This document shows, one piece after another, positions 10,931 through 21,570 of a DNA stretch of 64,000 nucleotides. Where the stretch lies: assembly GCA_963727485.1 (NCBI GenBank), contig CAVSGM010000001.1, positions 512,001 through 576,000 of the forward strand. The letters run 5' to 3'. The DNA comes from an uncultured delta proteobacterium (GTDB taxonomy: Bacteria > Myxococcota > Myxococcia > SLRQ01). The notes beneath the pieces are model-generated. The model was not told the DNA's origin, ran no database searches, and saw nothing but the letters and a program-made list of their open reading frames with translations. Position 1 is the stretch's first letter. Every line of letters starts with the position of its first letter. Made by a program: the position numbers and the translations under genes.

Positions 10931-13900
10931 TCAGCCCCGCGGCGGCAGGGTGGGGTGCCGGCGGCTCGGCCGCGGCCCGAAGGCGGGGCGCACCGGGGGC
11001 CGGCGCGCAAGCTCGGCCAGCGCCTCGGCGATGCCGCGCTCGAGCTGGGGATCCTTGCCCGCCGCCCAGTCCTGGGGCGCGATGTCCACCTCGATGTCCG
11101 GGTCGGTGCCGTAGTTCTCCACCGCCCAGCCCACGTCGGCGAACCAGAAGGCGAACTCGGGCTGGGTGGTGAGCCCGCCGTCGACCAGGGTGTAGCGGGG
11201 CTCGATGCCGATGACCCCGCCCCAGGTGCGCTTGCCCACCAGCGGCCCCAGCTTCATCAGCTTGAAGCAGTGGCTGAAGATGTCGCCGTCGGAGCCGGCC
11301 ATCTCGTCGGTCAGCGCCACCAGCGGCCCGGCCGGCGAGTCCTCGGGGTAGGGGACGGGCTGCTGGTGCCGCGGCTGGTCGTAGCCCACCCGGCGCCGGG
11401 CGAGCTTCTCCAACAGGAGCTGGGAGACGTGGCCGCCGCGGTTGTGGCGGACGTCGACGATGAGGGCGTCGCGGTCGGCCTCGGGGAGGAAGCCCCGGTG
11501 GAACTCGGCGTAGCCCGCAGGTCCCATGTCGGGGATGTGGAGGTAGCCGACCTTGCCGGCGGTGGCCTCGTGGACGGCGCGGCGGTTGCCCTCGACCCAG
11601 GCGCGGTAGCGAAGCGGGCTCTCGGAGCCCAGGGTCTTCACGGTGACCTGCCGGGGCTTCTCCTCGCCCCGCTTGACGGTGAGCACGACCTCCACGTCGG
11701 CCTGCTGCACCAGGACCTCGGCCACCGAGCGCTCGGCGCCCACGGGGACGCCGTTCACCGCGAGGATCGCGTCGCCTGGCTTCACGTCGACCCCCGGGCG
11801 CGAGAGGGCGGAGGTGCTCGTGGGATCCCAGGGGTCGCCGGCGGGGATGGCGGCGACCGTCCAGGTGCCGTCGTCGCAGGCGAGGTCGCACGCCGAGGTG
11901 CCCCTGGCGCCACCCGGGCTCGGGGCGGTAGTCGCCGCCGTACTCGTAGGCGTGGCTGGTGCCGAGCTCGCCCTGGAGCTCCCAGAGCAGGTCCGAGAGC
12001 TCGGAGCGCGAGCCCACCCGGTCCAGCAGCGGCCGGTAGCGGTCGCGCACGCCGACCCAGTCCACCTGGGACATGTCGGCGGTCCAGAAGTGGTCGCGCT
12101 GGAGGCGCCAGGCCTCGTGGAACATCTGGCGCCACTCGGCCACCGGGTCCACGGAGATGCGCAGGCGCCCGAGGTCGATCCACCCGGTGCGGCGGTTCAC
12201 CCCGTCGTTCTCCTCGGGGGCCTTGTCGCCGGCGGGGATGACGCGCAGCTCGCCGCCCTCGCGGTAGCACATCGTCGAGGCGTCCTGGGAGAGCCGGAAG
12301 TGGAACACCGAGCCGGCGAGCTCCTCCACCGCCTGCTTCTCCAGGTCGAAGGCAAAGAGCCCGCCGGAGAGCTCCACGTCGGCGTCGTCGCCGAGGGTGC
12401 TGGTGACGGGCCACACGGTCCACAGGGCCTTGCCCTCCACGGCGGCGAGCTGGCCGAAGCGCCCCTCGGGGACCGGGAAGGCGACGACGCGCTCGGCGAT
12501 CCCGTCGAAGTCGATCTCCACCGGGGTGGGGGTGTCGTCGTCGTCGGCGTCGTCGCCCTTGCCCTCGGCCTTGGCGCCGTCCTTCTCGTCCTTGCCGTCC
12601 TTCTCCTCCTCGTCGTCCTTGGCCTTCAGGGGCCGCGGCTCCAGCACGAAGGGCGAGGGCACGTCGGGGCGCAGGCACAGGGCGTAGGGCTTCTCGCCCT
12701 TGGGGAAGCCGAGGTCGAAGTGGAGCCCGTCGTAGACGGGATCGAAGGTGCGGCTGGAGAGGAAGTAGAGCCACTTGCCCTTGGGGTCCCAGGCGGGGTC
12801 CGAGTCCTGGAGCACCGGGCGGGTGACGGTGTGGACCTCGCCCGAGGCCAGGGTCACCACCCGGATCTCCTGGGTGTGGAAGCCGGTGGGGAAGGCGTAG
12901 GCGACGAAGCGCCCGTCGGGGCTGAAGGTGGCGCCGGTGATGGCGCCGTGGTCGCTCTTGTCGAGGACGGTGAGCTTCCCGTCCTCGCGGGTGACGCTGA
13001 TGAGCTCGTTCCGGTCGTTGGTGAGGACCACCCGGTCGGACACCGGCGAGGCCTCGAGGGCGTCGACGCGGCCCTCGAGGGCCTGGATGACCCGGGGCTC
13101 GCCGGTGCCGTCGGCGACGTGGACCTCCAGGGCCTCCTCGCCGGTGGCGTCGCTCACGCACACGAAGTGCTCGCCGTCGTGGAGCCAGCGCGCCAGGCGC
13201 CGGCGCGCCCCGTCGTCGGGGAGGTGGCAGCGCACCGCGCCCTCCCAGTTGCCGAAGGTGAACGCCCGGCCCCGGGCGATGACGGCGAGCGAGTGGCCCT
13301 TGGGGTGGGGGTCGAAGCCCTGGAGGTTCATCCCGGCGTCGACGAAGCGGCGCTGGCGCTCGACCCGGGCGGTGGCGAAGCGCACGGGGATCTCGCGGCT
13401 GCCGCTGGTCGGGTCGAAGACGAAGAGCGCCCCGCCGGCGTGATAGACGATGCGCCGTCCGTCGGTGGACGGGTTCCGGGCGTAGTAGTCGGTATGCTCG
13501 GTGTGGCGCGTGAGGTCCGCGAAGCCCTTGCCCTCGATGGCCACCGAGTAGAGGTTCCCGGTGCCCTCGGCGTCACTCAGGAAGTAGAGGCGCCCGCCGA
13601 GCCACATGGGGCAGGCGAGGTTCCCCTCGAGCTTCAGGGCGTGGAAGGTCCCGCCGCCGTCGGGGTCGAGCCACAGCTGGCCCACGGTGCCCCCGCGGTA
13701 GCGCTTCCACCGGGCCGGGTCGGCGGTGTTGCGCCCGAGGACCACCGCGCCCCCCGGGCCGCCGTCGGCGAGGTCGGTGCCCGGGCCGAAGCCGAGCTTC
13801 GTGAGCGGACCGCCGGCCACCGGCACCTCGAAGAGGAAGCGCTGGTGGGCAAAGGGGCCCGCGTGGTTCGAGGCGAAGCGGACCGAGCGGCCGTCCGCGG

Positions 13901-14186
13901 AGAACCCGATGGGCGCCGCGTCGCCGCCGGTGAAGGTCAGCCGGCGGGCCTCGCCGCCCTCCCCGGGCATGACCCAGACCTCGGTCTGCCCCTCGTCGCG
14001 GCCGGCGTAGGCCAAAAGCGACCCGTCCGGCGAGAACCGGGGGCCCCCGCTCCGGCCGTTGGAGGCGGTGAGGCGCCGGGCGAGGCCGCCGTCGGCGGAC
14101 ACGGCGAAGAGGTCGTCCTCGGAGACGAAGACCACGGTGTCGTCGTGGATCGTGGGCGAGCGGTAGTAGCCGTCGGACTTGGACAT
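10931..14186 (-). CDS. Tricorn protease (S41 family), apparent frameshift near 11891
   Basis: Beta-propeller N-terminus, RWKRYRGG, GELGTSHAY (His), PDZ, GYLHIPDMG, AGSDGD (Ser), GKRTWGGVIGI. One extra base near 11891 splits it. Confidence 0.93.
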
Positions 14187-14255
14187 GGGGCACGGGGATA
14201 GCCCACGTGGCGTCCCAAAGAAAGGTGGGAGCAGGCGGGAGCCCGGCCCGGGGCC

Positions 14256-14783
14256 CTACCAGGTGAGCTTCGGCCGGCGGAAGCCCATGGCGACCCAGGC
14301 GCCCAGGAGCTTGAGCAGGAACCGGGCGGGGGTCCTGGGGTGCGCGGGGAGGCCCTCCGGCAGCTCCGTCCCCTCCGGCGCGTCCTCGGTGTTGACGGCC
14401 ATCTCGGGCGCCGGCACCTCGCCGTCGATGCGATCCCGGTAGACCGACAGCCAGTGGCCGGGGGTGAAGTCCAGGACCAGGGGGGCGTGGCAGCAGGTCG
14501 CCACCAGGCGCCGGGTGGGGGACGCGGGCGCCAGGCGCCGCTCCGAGAGGTGCGCGCCGCCGGTGACCACCCGCACCCGGTCCTTGCGGTAGAGGCAGTA
14601 GTCGACGCCGCCGTCCGCCCGGACCACCGGGGGCGCGCCCTCGGCCTCCTCGAGCTGGCGGCCGGCGGTGCGGCAGCTCTCGCAGTAGCAGGTGGCCGAG
14701 AGGATCGGCGCGCCCAGGAGCTCCAGGGACGTCTGGCCGCAGGGGCACGTCGCGGTCAGGGCCGGTCGTGGGGCTGGGGCCAT
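14256..14783 (-). CDS. GFA/Mss4-like zinc-binding protein
   Basis: TCPCG, CYCESC, ATCC motifs. Confidence 0.75.
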   Translation of the reverse strand: MAPAPRPALTATCPCGQTSLELLGAPILSATCYCESCRTAGRQLEEAEGAPPVVRADGGVDYCLYRKDRVRVVTGGAHLSERRLAPASPTRRLVATCCHAPLVLDFTPGHWLSVYRDRIDGEVPAPEMAVNTEDAPEGTELPEGLPAHPRTPARFLLKLLGAWVAMGFRRPKLTW

Positions 14784-16414
14784 GAGGCTCTCCGGCGGAG
14801 TGGGCCCAGGGCGAGCAGGCCCAGGAGGCCGAGCAGCTCCAGCGCGCCACCGCCCCCGGCGCCGGGGGTGACCCCGCAGCCACAGCCGCCGGCCACGTGG
14901 GGGGATCCGGCGCCGCCGCCCGGCGACGACGGGGACCCGCTGCCTCCGTCGGGTGGCGGCGGGGGCTCGAGGGCCGGGGGCAGGGGCGGTGGGGGGACCT
15001 CGGTCGGCGGCTCGAGGCACTGGCCCTGGGTGTCGCAGACCATGGCGCCGGCGCAGGTCCCGCAGCTCCCCCCGCAGCCGTCGTCGCCGCACTGCTTGCC
15101 GCCACACGACGGGAAGCAGATGGCCGCCAGGCTGGCGCCGTCCGGCGTGCCGACCCCGGTCGGGCCGTCCCAGCCCGTGCCGGCGTTGCAGTCCACGGTG
15201 CCGCAGAAGCCGTTGCTGCCGCTGGTGACGTCGTGGAAGCTCGACGCATAGGTGTACGCGAACGATGGATCCACGCCGGCGAGCCCCGTGAGGGCGTAGA
15301 CGCCGGCCACGAACGGGGTGGCGGCGCTGGTCCCGCCGACGGTCACGAAGCCTCCGGCGCCGGCGTTGTAGGTGGCGACGCCGGTCTGGGGGTCGCCGAC
15401 CGCCGCGACGTCGGAGGAGGCCCGGTACTGGCAGACGGTGTCCGGCTCCCAGGCCGGCTTGGGGACCGAGAGGCTGCAGGAGCTGCCGCCGTTGCGCCAG
15501 GCCTGCTCCGACCAGCCCCGGGCGCTCGCGTCCTGCACCAGGGTGGTGCCGCCCACGCCGGTCACGTACGCCGAGGTGCCCGGGTAGTCCGGTCCCTGGC
15601 CACCGTCGTCGTATCCGGAGTCCCCGGTGGCGACGAAGACGCTCACGCCGGGGTGGTTCAGGTACGACTCGTACTTGCTCGGGGCGTTCTGCGAGCTCTC
15701 CGGGCCGCCCCAGGAGTTGCTCACGATCGGGGCCAGCGCGGCGGCGGCGTCGTTGGCGATGAAGAGGCCGTCGCCCTGGTCGTCGTTCGCCTCCACCAGG
15801 ATGAGCTTGCACTTGGGGCAGGCGGCGCTGACCATGTCGAGGTCGAGGGCCGTCTCCTGCGTCCAGTCGTCGTTGAAGGGCGGCGGGCCGGGCAGGGGCG
15901 AGGGCTGTCCATCCTGGTTGACGATCCGGAGGCACCCGCTGGCGATGGTGCACGGCGGCAGGCCGTAGTGGCTCCGGTACTGGGCGAGGTCGCTCTCGGC
16001 GTTGGGGTAGTCGTAGGCGCCCACGATGGCGACGCTGACCTGCGGGTCCACGCTGGGGTCGAGGTCGTAGGCCGCCTCCAGGTCGGTGGCGCCGAGGCCG
16101 CCTGTCTGCGCCAGCGGCTTGATGGTGCCGTCGGCGTAGGTGCGGACCAGGGCGAGACACCTCCAGCGCCCGCCGTTGCAGACCCGCGCCACCGGATCGT
16201 GGGGGACGGCGGCGAAGGCCTCTCGGGTCGTCAGCGGCGAACGGCGCGAGGCGGTGGCGACGCCCGGCGCGCCCCCGCTCATCCCCGGGCCGGGGCTGCA
16301 GCCGCCGGTGAGGGCGAGCGCCAGGAGTGCGGCCGCGAGCCCCGCGCGCCCCCGTGACCGCCCGCGCCCCGAAATACCGCGATCCCACGCCCCGTCGTCT
16401 GTCCCGAGCTGCAA
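14756..16414 (-). CDS. S53 (sedolisin-like) serine peptidase with Cys-rich linker and MYXO-CTERM-like anchor
   Basis: ETALDLD, SNSWGG, ATGDSG, GGTSAATP, GWDGPTGVGTP; tail GGCGCG + hydrophobic + RRR; TTG start inferred from GGAGGAGG. Confidence 0.88.
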   Translation of the reverse strand: MQLGTDDGAWDRGISGRGRSRGRAGLAAALLALALTGGCSPGPGMSGGAPGVATASRRSPLTTREAFAAVPHDPVARVCNGGRWRCLALVRTYADGTIKPLAQTGGLGATDLEAAYDLDPSVDPQVSVAIVGAYDYPNAESDLAQYRSHYGLPPCTIASGCLRIVNQDGQPSPLPGPPPFNDDWTQETALDLDMVSAACPKCKLILVEANDDQGDGLFIANDAAAALAPIVSNSWGGPESSQNAPSKYESYLNHPGVSVFVATGDSGYDDGGQGPDYPGTSAYVTGVGGTTLVQDASARGWSEQAWRNGGSSCSLSVPKPAWEPDTVCQYRASSDVAAVGDPQTGVATYNAGAGGFVTVGGTSAATPFVAGVYALTGLAGVDPSFAYTYASSFHDVTSGSNGFCGTVDCNAGTGWDGPTGVGTPDGASLAAICFPSCGGKQCGDDGCGGSCGTCAGAMVCDTQGQCLEPPTEVPPPPLPPALEPPPPPDGGSGSPSSPGGGAGSPHVAGGCGCGVTPGAGGGGALELLGLLGLLALGPLRRRASWPQPHDRP

Positions 16415-16506
16415 GAGGCCTCCTCCGCGCCAGTGTGCGCCAAGGTCCTCCCATATCACGGCCAGGGCGGCCCCGGTTCGAGGCCTACTGGTGTACCCTT
16501 GGGCCC

Positions 16507-17598
16507 GTGGCCGAGACGGGACAGACCGGCGGCGCGCTCGGCGCCTCGGACCAGGCGAACGAGCGCTACCTCGGCGAGGTGCGCCAGGCGGTGCAGGTCG
16601 ACCCGGTAGTGAGGAGCCGGGGGCGGCGCCGCAGCTGGATCATCTTCGCCATCGCCTTCGCCTGGTTCTTCGGCATCGACTTCGGCCGCGAGTGGCTCAA
16701 CGCCCGCCTGGGCCTCCACCTCGCGCCCCTCGGGACCGTTGCCGCGTTCGGCGGCTACTTGGCGCTCGTCGCGTTCTTCCTCCTGACCCGGGTGCTCTGG
16801 CGCCGGCTCAAGGGCTGGGAGGCGGCCCGGGCGGCCCTGCGCACCCCCGACTCGGTGGCCATCATCCGGGAAGGTGAGCGGCAGACCGGGCAGCGGGTCG
16901 CGGCCATGCCGGACCGGGACGCTGCGCTCATCCACAACCGGGCGCGCCTGCACCTCCTCTACGGCGAGGTGGTCGCCGCCCGGGAGACCCTGGCCATGGT
17001 CGACTGGGATCACCGGGCGCCGGTGATCCACGCCATGGGCATTGCCGACGAGGCGGCCCTGGCGCTCCTGTGCACCGGCGACGCACGGCGGGGGCTCGAG
17101 CTGGCCCGGCGGGCCCTGGAGATGGGCACCCTGCGCCGCCGCTGGTACCGGATCCGGCTGCGCCAGCCTTGGCGCGAGGCCCTGGTGGCTCTGGGCGAGG
17201 CGCGCACCGGCGAGTTCACCGCCCGGACCCTCCAGCGGATGGGGCGGCTCCGGCGCCTCGCCAACGACCTCCCGGCGCGGGCCCTCGCGGCCCGGGTCCT
17301 CTACCTCGCCGCCCATCGGGCAGGGAACGCGCAACGCGCCGAGCACCTGCGTCGCTGGCTCCAGGAGACGGTGCCCCACTGTGCGCCCCTCCTCGCCCCC
17401 GCCGACGGGCCGCCCCCGGATGCCGAGTGGGCCCGGGACCCGGGCGAGCCCGGTCGCGCGGTGCTCCCCAACGCCTGGAGCGGGCCCCGGCCGGCGAAAC
17501 CCGGGCGGTCGGTCTGGCGGCGCCTCGTCATGCCGCTGGTGCTGAGCGCCATCTTCGTCGCCAGCGCGGAGATCGTCCTCCACCTGCTGGCGCGGTGA
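16507..17598 (+). CDS. Uncharacterised membrane protein (paralog A), helical TPR-like domain, C-terminal TM
   Basis: Two N-terminal TMs; strong similarity to 18214-19695; TACCCT 7 nt before GTG. Confidence 0.7.
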   Translation: MAETGQTGGALGASDQANERYLGEVRQAVQVDPVVRSRGRRRSWIIFAIAFAWFFGIDFGREWLNARLGLHLAPLGTVAAFGGYLALVAFFLLTRVLWRRLKGWEAARAALRTPDSVAIIREGERQTGQRVAAMPDRDAALIHNRARLHLLYGEVVAARETLAMVDWDHRAPVIHAMGIADEAALALLCTGDARRGLELARRALEMGTLRRRWYRIRLRQPWREALVALGEARTGEFTARTLQRMGRLRRLANDLPARALAARVLYLAAHRAGNAQRAEHLRRWLQETVPHCAPLLAPADGPPPDAEWARDPGEPGRAVLPNAWSGPRPAKPGRSVWRRLVMPLVLSAIFVASAEIVLHLLAR

Positions 17599-17617
17599 GG
17601 CCGCCCGGCCTCTGCCC

Positions 17618-18085
17618 CTACGAGGCCGCCGGCACCGCGGGCTCGAGCCCCCCGAGGAGCTCCTCGCGCAGGTACCGCCACCCCGGGTCGCGCTTCTCCA
17701 TCACCTCGACCGGCCGCCGCCGCTCGCCGCGCAGGGCGTCCTCCAGGCGCTGACGGCACTGCGCCGGGTCGCCAGTGTAGAAGACCCACTCCCGCGCCCC
17801 GTCGAAGGTGACGATGGCGACCAGGATCGCCGTGGCGTCGGTCTCCCAGACCTCGTGGAGCCGGCGCTCGAGGTCGTTCATCTCCTGGATCGCCTCGGCG
17901 GCGGGCATCGTCCCCTGGCCCGGGTCGGCGTAGGGCCAGGTCACCCGGAGGCTGTGGTCGAAGCCGGCGGCGTCCTCGGCCGCCGGCACCGGCACCCGGT
18001 ACCGGAGGGCCACCGGGAACCCGAGCCCCTCACCCTTTGCCACTTGCCACTGGTCCGCCTCGATGTACTGCCGGATTGCGGTCAT
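17618..18085 (-). CDS. DUF695-like protein
   Basis: W..A.G...G.P...R, GxP...E..EM..LE..L, TFDGAREWVFYT, DPGW.Y pattern; GGAGG RBS before ATG 18085. Confidence 0.7.
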   Translation of the reverse strand: MTAIRQYIEADQWQVAKGEGLGFPVALRYRVPVPAAEDAAGFDHSLRVTWPYADPGQGTMPAAEAIQEMNDLERRLHEVWETDATAILVAIVTFDGAREWVFYTGDPAQCRQRLEDALRGERRRPVEVMEKRDPGWRYLREELLGGLEPAVPAAS

Positions 18086-18213
18086 TGCGTCCTCCATGGG
18101 GGTAGTAGCCTAGAGGATCGCCAGATGACTGTCCAGTGAGCGACCTACTGGGGTACCCTTACGGGTGGGAGGCCCTGCATGGCGCATCGGATGTCGCAGG
18201 AGACTGGCCAGCG

Positions 18214-19695
18214 ATGACGTCGTCCACCGAACCCACCTGGCCGCGGCGGATCGCCTGGGCGGCGCTGCTCTCCGTGCCCCCGGTGGCGAGCCTGGCCGTC
18301 GGCGCGCCCATCGGCCTCCGCGCCCCCGTCGGCACCGGGGCGGACTCGGTGGTGCAGCTGCTGTGGCTCCTGGGCCGGCTCTGGGTCCTCGGCTTCCTCT
18401 TCGCCGTGTTCACCGGGTTCCGGGCGGACGAGCTCGGGGCGTGGCTGCGCTTCTGGATCCGCGTGAGCCTGGTCGCCGGCGCCGTGAGCGCGGCCCTGGC
18501 GATCCTGGTCGTCGCGGGCGGCTACCTCACCCGGCCCGAGGACCTCCTGGTCCTGGTCCCCCTGGCCCTCACGGTCTACGTCTGCGTGCGCGTCTTCCGT
18601 CGGTTCAACACGTCTCGCGCCGGCGCCGGGGAAGTGGTGCGGCTCAACCGGCGCTACTTCGCCACCGCCACCGCCGCCGCCCAGCACGCCCAGGCCAGAG
18701 GCGGGGGATCGGCCCGCGCCTGGATCCGTGCCCTCATCCTCTGGGGCGTGATCTTCGGGGCGGTCGTGGGCCTGCAGTACCTCCCCTCCGGGACGTGGCC
18801 GAGCCTGCCGCCCCTCGATGGGGTCGGGGGGCTGGTGCTCCTCTACCTCGGCTTCGCCCTCTTCCTGGTCCTGATCTACGCCGGCTACCGCCTCGGCCCC
18901 CGGCGCCGGTGGGAGCAGCGGGTCGCCGAGGCCTTCCTGGCCCCCGACGCCAGCGCCGTGGTCGAGCTGATGGTCTCGGTGACGCAGCGTCGCTCGCCCA
19001 ACGCACCCGACCTCGACGCCTCCCTCGCCGCCCACCGGGCCCTCGACCACGGCCTCTACGGTGAGATCGCGGCGGCCCGGGCGGCCCTCGACGCCATCGA
19101 CTGGGAGCGGCGGGCCCCCGCCGTCCAGGCGCAGGGCCTCCTCGGCGAGGCGCAGCTCGCGCTGCTGTGCACCGGCGACGCGGCCCGGGGGCTGGCGCTG
19201 GCCCGGCGTGCCGACGCGCTCCGGCAGTCGACCCAACTCCTGGCCCGCTGGGTCCACGCGCGAGGGCTGATCCCCGCCCTCGTCGGCCTCGGCGAGGTCC
19301 TCTGCGGCGAGGCCGACGACGGGACCCTGGACCGCCTGCGCCGCCTCTCGAAGAAGGGGCTCGGCCAGGGGACCCGGTCCGTCGCCGCCCGCGCCCTCTA
19401 CCTGCCGTACGACGCGGCGGGTGACCGGGCCGCGGCGGCGGCGATGCGCCAGCGCCTCGAGCGGACGATGCCCCACTGCGCCCCGCTGCTCGCGGAGCCC
19501 GGCGGGCCCCCGGCGGTTGCCGAGTGGGCCCGGGACCCCGGCGAGCCGAGCCGCGCGGTGCTGGCCAACGCCTGGGTCGCGCCGGAGGCGGCCCCGGGCG
19601 CGCGCTCCGGCGCGGCGCGGTCGATGCGGACCGTCGTGTTCTGGGCCCTCCTGGCCATCATGTTCCTCACCTTCTTCCAGCTGCTGCAGCGCTGA
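18214..19695 (+). CDS. Uncharacterised polytopic membrane protein (paralog B)
   Basis: AGGAG RBS; about 6 N-terminal TMs; shares C-terminal domain with 16507-17598. Confidence 0.72.
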   Translation: MTSSTEPTWPRRIAWAALLSVPPVASLAVGAPIGLRAPVGTGADSVVQLLWLLGRLWVLGFLFAVFTGFRADELGAWLRFWIRVSLVAGAVSAALAILVVAGGYLTRPEDLLVLVPLALTVYVCVRVFRRFNTSRAGAGEVVRLNRRYFATATAAAQHAQARGGGSARAWIRALILWGVIFGAVVGLQYLPSGTWPSLPPLDGVGGLVLLYLGFALFLVLIYAGYRLGPRRRWEQRVAEAFLAPDASAVVELMVSVTQRRSPNAPDLDASLAAHRALDHGLYGEIAAARAALDAIDWERRAPAVQAQGLLGEAQLALLCTGDAARGLALARRADALRQSTQLLARWVHARGLIPALVGLGEVLCGEADDGTLDRLRRLSKKGLGQGTRSVAARALYLPYDAAGDRAAAAAMRQRLERTMPHCAPLLAEPGGPPAVAEWARDPGEPSRAVLANAWVAPEAAPGARSGAARSMRTVVFWALLAIMFLTFFQLLQR

Positions 19696-19777
19696 GCGCC
19701 CTCCGGGCCCGGCCCGGCCGCAATTCGTGCACAGACGCTTTCCCCCGGCGCCGCGGGGCGTTATGTTCCGCCGCCCG

Positions 19778-21520
19778 ATGGCTTCCCACCCGGCCGACCC
19801 GAAGCTCGCACCTCATTACCGTGGCTTCCGCGAGGGCTACCTGCGCTGGGACGACCTCACCGCCCAGGTGCAGGCCTGGGCCGACGCCTTCCCCGAGCTG
19901 GTCCGCCTCGAGACCATCGGCGAGAGCGGCGAGGGCCGGCCCCTGTGGCTTCTGACCCTGGGCCAGGGCCCCGACGACGGCCGCCCGGCGGTGTGGGTCG
20001 ACGGGAACCTCCACGCCATGGAGCTCGCCGGCTCCAGCGTGGCGCTGGGCATCGCCGAGGACGTGCTGCGCCTCCACCTCGCCCCCGAGGCGACCCTCCA
20101 CGGCCTCCCGGCCCACGTCCTCGAGGGCCTGCGCCAGGTGGTCTTCCACGTGCTGCCGCGGGTGAGCCCCGACGGCGCCGAGGCGGTGCTCGAGACCGGG
20201 CGCTACGTGCGCTCGGTGCCCCGGGACAACCGCCCCGACACCCGCAAGCCCCGGTGGATCCCCGGTGATATCGACGGCGACGGCCTGTCGCTGAAGATGC
20301 GCCTCGAGGACCCGAGCGGGCCGCTGGTCGAGTCCCAGGAGCTGCCCGGGGTCCTCGTCGCCCGCACCCTCGACGACCCGCCGCCCTACTACAGCGTGTA
20401 CCCGGAGGGGACCATCGAGGGCTACGACGGCCACACCCTCCCCGACCCGGGCTACCTCTCCGACAACTTCCCCGACCTCAACCGCAACTTCCCCCACGCC
20501 TGGCGGGGCGAGCCGGACCAGCGGGGCGCCGGCCTCTTCCCGGCGAGCGAGCCCGAGAGCCGGGCCATCGTCGAGTTCGCCACCGCCCACCCCAACCTCT
20601 TCGCCTGGCTGAACCTCCACACCTTCGGGGGCGTGTACATCCGGCCGCTGGGCCACGGGCCCGACACCAAGATGGACCGGAACGATCTCGCCGTGTACCG
20701 GCAGATCGAGGCCTGGGCGAAGGAGCACACCCAGTACCCCATGGTCAGCGGCTACGAGGAGTTCACCTACGAGCCCGACAAGCCCCTCTACGGCGACATC
20801 ATCGACTTCGCCTTCCACGAGCGCGCCTGTGTGGGCATGGCCTGCGAGCTGTGGAACCTCTTCGACGAGCTCAAGATCGAGCGCACCAAGCGCTTCGTCG
20901 ACCGCTACGGGACGGTCACCGCCGCCGACATGGTGCGCTTCGCCCGCTTCGACGCCGAGCACAACGCCGGCCGCATCTTCCGCCCCTGGAAGAAGGTGAT
21001 GCACCCCCAGCTCGGCGAGGTGGAGGTCGGCGGGCTCGACCCGCGCATCGGCATGTGGAACCCGCCGCTGGAGCGCCTCGCCGAGGTCTGCGCCGGGCAG
21101 GCGGCGGTGTGGCTGCGGGTGGCGGCGCTGGCCCCGCGCCTGGCGCTCACCGAGGTCCGGCGCACCGAGCTCGGGCGCGGGCTGTGCCGTCTCGAGGTCA
21201 CCTGCCAGAACCAGGGCTACCTGCCCACCTACGTGGTGGGCGAGGCCAAGGACCTGCCGTGGAACGCCCCGGTCACCGCGCGCCTGGTCCTCGGGGACGG
21301 GCTCGAGCTGGCCAGTGGCGGGCCCACCCAGTCGCTGGGGCACCTCGACGGCTGGGGGCGCGGCCTCCACGGTCCCGAGAGCGAGCTGGTCGCCGAGCCC
21401 GCCCGGGGCAGCACCTCCCGGGGCACGGCCGGGTGGACGATCACGGGACGGGGGAAGGCCACCCTGGAGGTGGGCACCTGCCGCACCGGCTTCCTCCGGC
21501 GCGAGCTCGACATCGGATGA
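19778..21520 (+). CDS. M14 family zinc carboxypeptidase
   Basis: IGESGEGR, DGNLHAME (HxxE), PDG, DLNRNFP, SEPE, LHTFGG. Confidence 0.9.
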   Translation: MASHPADPKLAPHYRGFREGYLRWDDLTAQVQAWADAFPELVRLETIGESGEGRPLWLLTLGQGPDDGRPAVWVDGNLHAMELAGSSVALGIAEDVLRLHLAPEATLHGLPAHVLEGLRQVVFHVLPRVSPDGAEAVLETGRYVRSVPRDNRPDTRKPRWIPGDIDGDGLSLKMRLEDPSGPLVESQELPGVLVARTLDDPPPYYSVYPEGTIEGYDGHTLPDPGYLSDNFPDLNRNFPHAWRGEPDQRGAGLFPASEPESRAIVEFATAHPNLFAWLNLHTFGGVYIRPLGHGPDTKMDRNDLAVYRQIEAWAKEHTQYPMVSGYEEFTYEPDKPLYGDIIDFAFHERACVGMACELWNLFDELKIERTKRFVDRYGTVTAADMVRFARFDAEHNAGRIFRPWKKVMHPQLGEVEVGGLDPRIGMWNPPLERLAEVCAGQAAVWLRVAALAPRLALTEVRRTELGRGLCRLEVTCQNQGYLPTYVVGEAKDLPWNAPVTARLVLGDGLELASGGPTQSLGHLDGWGRGLHGPESELVAEPARGSTSRGTAGWTITGRGKATLEVGTCRTGFLRRELDIG

Positions 21521-21570
21521 CCGCGCCCCCGCGTGGTTGAGCCAGCACAACCAAGGACTACCGTCTCGCC

